Of a stretch of 64,000 bases of DNA, positions 57,702-64,000 are shown piece after piece. The notes beneath the pieces were generated by a model. The model was not told the origin of the DNA and did no database searches. It was given only the letters and a program-made list of their open reading frames with translations. The stretch's first letter is position 1. Every line of letters starts with the position of its first letter. The position numbers and the translations under genes are program-made. The DNA comes from a virus. The DNA lies in IMG/VR virus record IMGVR_UViG_3300042446_000499, positions 1-64,000 of that record, one strand, 5' to 3'.

Positions 57702-58111
57702 TGCAATTACACCTGTGGATGGAAGAGGCATCTTGCCGCAAACGTAGAAACGACTTCTGGTATCCACCATTAGATACTGACGTTCCCGATAACTATTACG
57801 CTATTGGACGTGAGGTGTGCCATCGTTGCCCTGTATGGGATAAGTGCTTAGACGCAGGCATTGACGAGAAATGGGGCATGTGGGGTGGTCTCACTCCACA
57901 AGAGCGAACAGTTATTGTTACTACTAATCCAAAGCCATCAGCAATAAAACAGCATGGTTCATGGATTAGATACCGACAAGGGTGTCGCTGTTCTGATTGT
58001 ATTGACGGGCATAATCAACCCACAAATAAAATCAACATAAACGTCATTCCAAAGCATGGTGAACCTGTTCAAGATTTAGAAATGTTGCGTTTCAACTTGC
58101 TTTCAACCTGA
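57701..58111 (+). CDS. whiB: WhiB-family regulator fused to HG..GCRC..C Zn motif
   Basis: W..EASC, CHRCPVWDKC, GMWGGLTPQER. Confidence 0.88.
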   Translation: MQLHLWMEEASCRKRRNDFWYPPLDTDVPDNYYAIGREVCHRCPVWDKCLDAGIDEKWGMWGGLTPQERTVIVTTNPKPSAIKQHGSWIRYRQGCRCSDCIDGHNQPTNKININVIPKHGEPVQDLEMLRFNLLST

Positions 58112-58118
58112 TTGCGTG

Positions 58119-58190
58119 TAAAATGTAACTAGAGACCCATACCAAGGCTTTACCCCCGAGCACCTAGTGCTCTCTTGGTATGGGTTCTTT
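58119..58190 (+). promoter_or_regulatory. -10 (TAAAAT) and structured 5' leader of rpf-like gene
   Basis: 12-bp stem ACCCATACCAAG/CTTGGTATGGGT enclosing GAGCAC-CTA-GTGCTC. Confidence 0.6.
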
Positions 58191-58217
58191 GCATTATTGG
58201 ACAAACATTGGAGACAG

Positions 58218-58811
58218 ATGATTTATCGCCTCATTACAGCAATTACCCTTTCCGCTACCACCTTCTTTGGTGCCATAACGACAGGAGGTGATGAGCCAGA
58301 GGCGAGTACAACGACAGTTGTAATCACAGTTCCTAAAGTGCACAGTATGTCAACCAACATGATGCACCCCGAACTAAGAGCACAGTTCAAAACAGGAAAG
58401 GCTGGCTCCATTAAGTTTTGGGAAGCAGTGTCTTGGTGTGAGACTAACCACAACTGGAAAGATGGTGGTTACTATGCAGGTGGACTTGGTATGGCGCAAT
58501 CAGCGTGGCAAGGCTTTGGAGGTAGAGAGTTCTCACACTCCCCTAAGAATGCAACCAAAGAAGAACAAATTATTGTTGCTAATCGTTTGGCATTCTTTGG
58601 ATACCAAACCAAGAATGTATTCAAGACACTTGATGACAAGTTGAACAACAGACCATTCTTTCGCCCTGCTATTGGATGGCGTGACTCCAGTAACTGGGGC
58701 AGGGACTGTGTGAACTGGAAGACACGTAAACCATTACGTATTGAATACACCCAACAAACTGTGCATGCAACAGACATGCTGGACAAGTACCTGAAAATGC
58801 CACTACAATGA
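58218..58811 (+). CDS. Resuscitation-promoting factor (Rpf)-like lytic transglycosylase with signal peptide
   Basis: WEAVSWCET..NW..GYYAGGL....W..FGG...ATKEEQIIVA; hydrophobic N-terminus; GGAG RBS. Confidence 0.85.
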   Translation: MIYRLITAITLSATTFFGAITTGGDEPEASTTTVVITVPKVHSMSTNMMHPELRAQFKTGKAGSIKFWEAVSWCETNHNWKDGGYYAGGLGMAQSAWQGFGGREFSHSPKNATKEEQIIVANRLAFFGYQTKNVFKTLDDKLNNRPFFRPAIGWRDSSNWGRDCVNWKTRKPLRIEYTQQTVHATDMLDKYLKMPLQ

Positions 58812-58815
58812 CGAC

Positions 58816-58989
58816 ATGTCACAAGAAATAAAGTATGCATGCAAAGCATGTGGAGTAAGTATCTCCACTGGTATCACTTTGGTATCACCACCCATACACA
58901 AGTGCCAAAAAAAAGCCAACAGAGCAATAGAATTGGAAGTACAAAATGAAACTGGGAATAGCAAGCGGAGACCGAGTACCAGCGAGTAG
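58816..58989 (+). CDS. Small Zn-finger protein (57 aa)
   Basis: Not in track; YACKACG...PIHKC. Confidence 0.5.
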   Translation: MSQEIKYACKACGVSISTGITLVSPPIHKCQKKANRAIELEVQNETGNSKRRPSTSE

Positions 58990-60034
58990 GTCACAAGATG
59001 GCGTTACCCATTGGGGTGGCGCTGGTTGGGTTCGCCTTGGTCAATACATGGACAAGATTGCCAATGAAGGCATTGAAGTTTGTATGGGCACATTGGTATG
59101 GAACCGTACACACTTTTCCATTGACACTAGTGATGGTATTGGTGAACACAACTATCAAGACGTAGACATTATTTACATGCAACGACTTATGCATGCTACT
59201 TTGGCTACACACATAAAAGAGGCTCAGGCGTACGGACAGGTCATTATCAACGACCTTGACGACTGGTACTGGGGGTTGCACCCTAGCAATGGCGCTTATG
59301 CATCCTCACACCCAAAGACTAACCCTAATGAGAACATCAACCACTACAAAGGCGTTCTTAGTGCCAGCAACCTTGTAACTGTGTCTACCAACTATTTGGC
59401 TGAACGCATCTCTGCCTTTGTACGTTGTCCTATTTTGGTTATTGAAAACACCGTGGACGTGGCACGATTTACACCCGTTCAACATAGCGACACCACGCTT
59501 CCAGTGGTTGGTTGGGTAGGTTCAACAAATCACCGAAGTAACGACCTTGAGATACTTTCTGGCATTATGAAACCACTGTATGACAACAATGAGATACTTT
59601 TGATGCATGCTGGATATCACATAGGAGCACCATCAGTAGCAAGCAAGTGGGGCGTTCTTGAAGAGTCTGTAGAACGTTACCCAGCGCTTGACCCAGAGCG
59701 TTACCCAGAGTTACTAAGAATGGAAGTGGGTGTGGCTCCACTTAGCGACATGCCATTCAACCACGCTAAGTCTGACATCAAACTTCTTGAATACTCTGCC
59801 TCTGGTATCCCTTGGGTCGGTTCTGACCTTCCTGCGTATCACAAACTTTGTGAGGAGTGGGGCATTGGTCGTACCGCAAAGAAACCGAAGCAATGGTTGT
59901 CTCATTTACGGGCACTAAAAAACCCCGACATCCGTTCCTCCGAAGGCTCCGCATTGCGTGAAGCCTCATGGAAGAGGGACATCGGGGTTGGTACTAAACA
60001 ACTGTTAGAAGTTCTAAACTCCCTGTCTTCTTGA
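58946..60034 (+). CDS. GT-B glycosyltransferase
   Basis: MQR, DLDD, VTVST, GWVGS..H, APL..FNHAKSDIKLLEYSASGIP. Confidence 0.85.
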   Translation: MKLGIASGDRVPASRSQDGVTHWGGAGWVRLGQYMDKIANEGIEVCMGTLVWNRTHFSIDTSDGIGEHNYQDVDIIYMQRLMHATLATHIKEAQAYGQVIINDLDDWYWGLHPSNGAYASSHPKTNPNENINHYKGVLSASNLVTVSTNYLAERISAFVRCPILVIENTVDVARFTPVQHSDTTLPVVGWVGSTNHRSNDLEILSGIMKPLYDNNEILLMHAGYHIGAPSVASKWGVLEESVERYPALDPERYPELLRMEVGVAPLSDMPFNHAKSDIKLLEYSASGIPWVGSDLPAYHKLCEEWGIGRTAKKPKQWLSHLRALKNPDIRSSEGSALREASWKRDIGVGTKQLLEVLNSLSS

Positions 60035-60359
60035 ACTCTGCAAAGAGTTTGCGTCTATCGGAGGGAAAGGTTCCTGCCCAAATACCATGCGGTTCATTGT
60101 TGAGAACAGCAAACTCATAGCATTGCTTACTAACAGTACAATTCTTACAGGCATTCATTGCTGTACTAATACGTTCTTTCTTCTCTCCCTTTTTGAGTCC
60201 TACTGAGTTGTAATCAAAAAAGACGTTCTTGGGTAGTTTCCCGCAGTTGGCGTACTCCCTCCACCCTGTACTCATGACATGCCGAAGGTTAGGGAAAGAG
60301 ACGGCGGTTTCCGCCTCCCCTTCCCCTACCGCTATGGTCACACCCTTGCTAAGGGTCAC
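59994..60359 (-). CDS. whiB: WhiB-family regulator
   Basis: W..YANC, CKNCTVSKQC, EPHGIWAG. Confidence 0.85.
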   Translation of the reverse strand: MTLSKGVTIAVGEGEAETAVSFPNLRHVMSTGWREYANCGKLPKNVFFDYNSVGLKKGEKKERISTAMNACKNCTVSKQCYEFAVLNNEPHGIWAGTFPSDRRKLFAEFKKTGSLELLTVV

Positions 60360-61387
60360 AACAACACCAGTTCATTGAGCACACTCATTACGTGGGCATC
60401 AGCCTGCTCTATTCTTCCGTTGATGGAGTTCATGGCATTACGTTCTGAACGTGTCTTGTTGTTACCAGCAATGTGGTGCTGGTAGGTATTGAAGACCTGC
60501 ACGACTCCCAGTGCTGTTCCCTGCCATGGTGCAACCATTGGGTCAGAGTTGTACATGGTGCGAAGAATGTCTTGCTTGTTCTGCATCCGTGAGATAGCAG
60601 ACTGACAAACCGTTCCTTCTTCACCGACAGGTGCAAGGCGATTGACAATGGCATCCCACTCATTGCTATTTACGCTGGTGTTAGACAAACGCTCAATCTC
60701 TGCAATGATGTCTTCAGTCATAGTGAACATGATGTCCAATGCCTGACGAATGGATTGGAGTTGCATGTTGCTGTTCTTACTATGGCGAGCCTTGAACTGT
60801 GCACCATCTGTAGCAAGTCCTGCAAACAAGGTGTTGTCACATACTGGGGCGTTGTACACCTGCTTGTACGTGGTGGAAATGGTTCCGTTGTGGCTGGTGG
60901 TTGCCAACAAGATTGGACGTACAGGGAAACCAGCAGTGGTCTGAATGTTGTCAGGCATGGATACTGCTACCCAAGCGATGCCACCTTCACGTAAGCATCC
61001 AGCAGAGTCTACGACCAACTGGTTGTCGTCAATGATGTTGCTGACATTGTCAAGCAGTGTGTGACGGTACTGGTGGATGGCATAGTTCTCCTTGAAGACT
61101 CCCATTACGTGGTTGTTGTCATCACGCATGATTGCCTTACGGTCAGTCTGTTCAACGTAACGAATGATGTTTCCATCAGCGTCATGGAGTGCAATGTAGA
61201 TTGGTGTTTCAACGGCGTTCCAAAAGAAGAGGCGGCGCTCAACATCTTCAATGGGGATTGCTCCGTCATAGTGGTTTGGCTCATCGCCTTGGGACTCTGC
61301 ACGATAATGCCATGCGTTGTATCCACGCTTGGCTACATTGCCGATTAGTGTCATTGTATTTAGCGTACGTGATGACTCTTTGCTCAT
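60356..61387 (-). CDS. DUF932 (LGT_TIGR03299-like) protein
   Basis: AWH, SAG.L..G, LLATTSHNG, VCDNT, RHSKN. Confidence 0.85.
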   Translation of the reverse strand: MSKESSRTLNTMTLIGNVAKRGYNAWHYRAESQGDEPNHYDGAIPIEDVERRLFFWNAVETPIYIALHDADGNIIRYVEQTDRKAIMRDDNNHVMGVFKENYAIHQYRHTLLDNVSNIIDDNQLVVDSAGCLREGGIAWVAVSMPDNIQTTAGFPVRPILLATTSHNGTISTTYKQVYNAPVCDNTLFAGLATDGAQFKARHSKNSNMQLQSIRQALDIMFTMTEDIIAEIERLSNTSVNSNEWDAIVNRLAPVGEEGTVCQSAISRMQNKQDILRTMYNSDPMVAPWQGTALGVVQVFNTYQHHIAGNNKTRSERNAMNSINGRIEQADAHVMSVLNELVLL

Positions 61388-61443
61388 TTCATATTCCTTA
61401 TGTTTGTGGGGCGTTGCCCCTGTTATTATTACTTTACTTGTTG

Positions 61444-61482
61444 AGTGGTGTCTGCATGGGGTAGGGGGGGGGTCACCCCATC
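61444..61482 (-). promoter_or_regulatory. Repeated element AGTGGTG..CATGGGGTA-G9-..ACCCCAT (copy 1)
   Basis: Upstream of DUF932 gene; second copy at 63375. Confidence 0.55.
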
Positions 61483-63356
61483 ATCTCCGAAAGTAGAAGG
61501 GCTGTCACACTACCTGCCTCAGCGTTCATGTCCTCTCCCCAACCATCAAGGCAAGCAGAGATAGTTTCTTGTTTAGCATTGCAGATTGCCCACATACGAG
61601 CGTCAATGGTTGGTGACTCAGTGTCAATGGCTGTCAGCCACCAAGCGACTACGGCATTCTTGACGCCATAGCGCCATGCCCTGTCCTCTGCCTGTGCACC
61701 AACGCTGGGCGACCATGGTATTTCAACCATGACCACGTGGCTGGCGACTTGAAGGTTGAGTCCTACGCTTGATGCATCGTATTGTCCAATGAACAACCGA
61801 GCCTCTCCACTGGTGAACTTATTGACAGCGTTGTTCTTTGTTTCAGCAGTCATGCCACCAGCAACTACGACAACTCCATCGTTCTTGAAGTGCTCCTTGA
61901 TGGCGTTGATTACATTGGTGTGGTACGCAAATGCAATGACTTGCTCTCCTGCCTCCAGCAATGAACGGATGTGAGCACATGCTGGCTCTACCTTTGCTTC
62001 ACCAAGCAACTGCCTAAGTTTATTTATCTCTGTAATGACGGGAGCCTTGCTCGCTGCCATGTACGCATCATTGCCATAGTTCTCCATCACCCAAGCAAGG
62101 AAATCTTCCTCAGCCTTGCGATACTTGTTCATAGATGCCTCAGACAACTCAACGTCTAACTGGGCACGTCTTTTGGGGGGAAGGTCTTCCAGTACATCCA
62201 CCTTGCGTGTACGTGTGTAGACGGTGGAGCGCAGTATCTCATTTAGTTCTGATGTGTTAGAGGCTCCACTGGTGTTAGGAAACCCATTGACCATCTTGTA
62301 ATCACAGTAACGGGTAAGGAACTGTCTCTTAGTACCGAACACTGGGTCAAGCCTGCCGATAATCTTCAACGGAGAAATAAACTCAGACGGACGGTTAGGA
62401 ATGATGGTTCCCGACAGCAACACGCAGTAACCATCCTTGGGAACCTGTGTAGCAATACGGGACAAGCCTTTAGTGCGATTGCTGTTCTCAGTCTTGAAAC
62501 GGTGAGCCTCATCAACGACAAGGCTGGTGAACTTGCCAGCAAGGACATTCTGCCAAGCCTCAATGATGGAGTCGGGCACTAACAGCACGTCACATTTTGG
62601 CAACTTGTATGGCTTACGACCCTTGATGGATGACACCTTGAGCCAAGGAGCAAACCTCTTTAGTTCTGCTTTCCATTGGTACACGAGGTTTGGTGGTACG
62701 GATACCATCACCTTGTGACCTTCCTTGACAGCCATATGCGCTACAGCAATGCCGATGGGCGTTTTACCAAGACCCATGTCCTGACATACCAACGTACGGC
62801 GTGTACGGCGAACGAACTCAATGGCTGACTTCTGATAACCAAGGAGAGGTAGTTGTAGGTCAAAATCAAGGTCAAAATCCTTGGCATTTGACAAAGTAAA
62901 TAAACCTCCGTCAGGGATAATCGGTGGCACCACTTTGTCTAACGTTTGTACGAACTCATCAAGTGCAGAACGCAACGCTGAAGAATACGTAACGTCAGGT
63001 ACGACAGTTACGGCAGAGCACTTATCAACGGCATGAAATGTACGCCACGCACCCTTTAGAAAGACCTTGTGCCCTGCACCAGCAAGGACTACTTCATCAC
63101 AGAGATGGCATTTACCTTTGGCAGTGTTCACAATAATGCGTGTGACTTCTTCAGGGATGTGCGCTAGCGCAGGTGTGCGCTCTACTGGCAGATATGCCAA
63201 GTAATCAAGCAATGAGGATGCTGACTTGAATGTCAGTTTCTCTAATTCCATTGCGCTAATCCAGTTGTCAATGCACCCAACCATTTCTAGTGGGCTGGTA
63301 CGTTGTTCTAACGCATCATGTATGTCACGTTGTTGCCTTGGTGTAATTCCGTTCAT
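61473..63356 (-). CDS. Second SNF2-family (HARP-like) helicase
   Basis: DMGLGKT, DEAH, LSGT..NRP, GLNLQ, QAEDRAWR; N-terminal CxxC..H..C. Confidence 0.88.
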   Translation of the reverse strand: MNGITPRQQRDIHDALEQRTSPLEMVGCIDNWISAMELEKLTFKSASSLLDYLAYLPVERTPALAHIPEEVTRIIVNTAKGKCHLCDEVVLAGAGHKVFLKGAWRTFHAVDKCSAVTVVPDVTYSSALRSALDEFVQTLDKVVPPIIPDGGLFTLSNAKDFDLDFDLQLPLLGYQKSAIEFVRRTRRTLVCQDMGLGKTPIGIAVAHMAVKEGHKVMVSVPPNLVYQWKAELKRFAPWLKVSSIKGRKPYKLPKCDVLLVPDSIIEAWQNVLAGKFTSLVVDEAHRFKTENSNRTKGLSRIATQVPKDGYCVLLSGTIIPNRPSEFISPLKIIGRLDPVFGTKRQFLTRYCDYKMVNGFPNTSGASNTSELNEILRSTVYTRTRKVDVLEDLPPKRRAQLDVELSEASMNKYRKAEEDFLAWVMENYGNDAYMAASKAPVITEINKLRQLLGEAKVEPACAHIRSLLEAGEQVIAFAYHTNVINAIKEHFKNDGVVVVAGGMTAETKNNAVNKFTSGEARLFIGQYDASSVGLNLQVASHVVMVEIPWSPSVGAQAEDRAWRYGVKNAVVAWWLTAIDTESPTIDARMWAICNAKQETISACLDGWGEDMNAEAGSVTALLLSEMMG

Positions 63357-63374
63357 GCCGATACCTTAGTTCTT

Positions 63375-63414
63375 AGTGGTGTTGTCCATGGGGTAGGGGG
63401 GGGTACCCCATGGA
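63375..63414. promoter_or_regulatory. Repeated element copy 2: 11-bp inverted repeat with G8 loop in divergent intergenic region
   Basis: TCCATGGGGTA-GGGGGGGG-TACCCCATGGA. Confidence 0.6.
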
Positions 63415-63442
63415 GGTGGGGTGCCAATACTACAGTGGGGTT

Positions 63443-63640
63443 ATGAAAAGCAACACATTCACGATTGACGAATACGTAGGTCTACCTGAAATCCTAAGAG
63501 CACTAGAGGCATTAGAGTCAGTTACCTACACCCATAAACAAGCAAATACGTACAATACACCTAATGACACAGATGCATTGTGGGAACACATAAATGATGC
63601 TCTACACGTTGTAGAGAAAATAAAAGAAACAAGGAAATAA
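63443..63640 (+). CDS. Hypothetical protein
   Basis: TACAGT 6 nt upstream of ATG 63443. Confidence 0.55.
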   Translation: MKSNTFTIDEYVGLPEILRALEALESVTYTHKQANTYNTPNDTDALWEHINDALHVVEKIKETRK

Positions 63641-63644
63641 CAAC

Positions 63645-64000
63645 ATGCCAAACTGGACAAACAACTGTCTCTCTGTAGAGGGAGACGACCAAGAAGTACA
63701 AGACTTCATCAACAAAGTAACGACAGAGGGTGACGACACTTACTCAATTCTCAACACGCTACTACCCACACCCACAGACCTCGGTGACGATGGTTGGTAC
63801 AACTGGAACATATCTAACTGGGGAACCAAATGGCAAGATAGTGATACTACTCTTGTTATTCGTGATAAGGGTTACGTGTTTTTTAGATTTGATACTGCAT
63901 GGGCACCACCACTAGTAGGTTTTGAGTCCATTTCAGTTATGTTCCCTGAACTTACATTTATTATCACATATGAAGAGATGGGCATGGGCTTTGTGGGATG
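63645..64000 (+). CDS. YubB/DUF1281 ferredoxin-like protein (truncated by window end)
   Basis: Not in track; MPNWTNN, WYNWNISNWGTKW, FDTAWAPP, FPEL..YEE.G. Confidence 0.8.
   Translation, partial: MPNWTNNCLSVEGDDQEVQDFINKVTTEGDDTYSILNTLLPTPTDLGDDGWYNWNISNWGTKWQDSDTTLVIRDKGYVFFRFDTAWAPPLVGFESISVMFPELTFIITYEEMGMGFVG

Noticed and set aside
63730-63915. 61-aa ORF in track
   Set aside because: Out-of-frame shadow of the YubB-like gene starting at 63645, which runs off the window
1-64000. tRNA/rRNA genes, integrase, transposase, reverse transcriptase/DGR
   Set aside because: Intergenic gaps are short and I saw no cloverleaf or relevant motifs by eye; tRNAscan/ARAGORN would be needed to exclude tRNAs fully
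1-64000. Alternative genetic code
   Set aside because: Genes tile densely under code 11 and all three stop codons terminate conserved genes

Overview
This 64 kb window is a densely coded segment of a tailed dsDNA phage with a contractile tail (myovirus-type), most likely infecting an Actinomycetota host. The host inference rests on two WhiB genes, an Rpf-like lytic transglycosylase and many leaderless -10 promoters. Gene order: tail spike/fibre and an M15 peptidase endolysin (1-3 kb); terminase, portal, scaffold and major capsid (4-14 kb); head/neck, sheath, tube, tape measure and baseplate (14-32 kb); a small reverse-strand Dps cassette (33 kb); a lambda-like initiator gene containing its own iteron origin, then DnaC, DnaB, primase, SNF2, SSB, PolA, RecA, Cas4-like nuclease and resolvases (34-48 kb); SpoVS and a block of coupled, low-complexity small genes sharing N-terminal motifs (48-53 kb); a TGT-like/RmlB/nucleotidase/WhiB/Rpf/glycosyltransferase block (53-60 kb); and a divergent probably-early region (60-64 kb). 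Most notable: (1) a canonical -1 frameshift signal at the end of a 497-aa disordered protein; (2) a family of small proteins with a shared N-terminal tag; (3) a candidate dormancy/resuscitation toolkit (Rpf, SpoVS, Dps, 2x WhiB) with a structured rpf leader; (4) the iteron origin; (5) a start-less ORF implying tail-chaperone recoding. All product calls come from motif recognition by eye; no searches were run. I found no tRNA, rRNA, CRISPR array or integrase.
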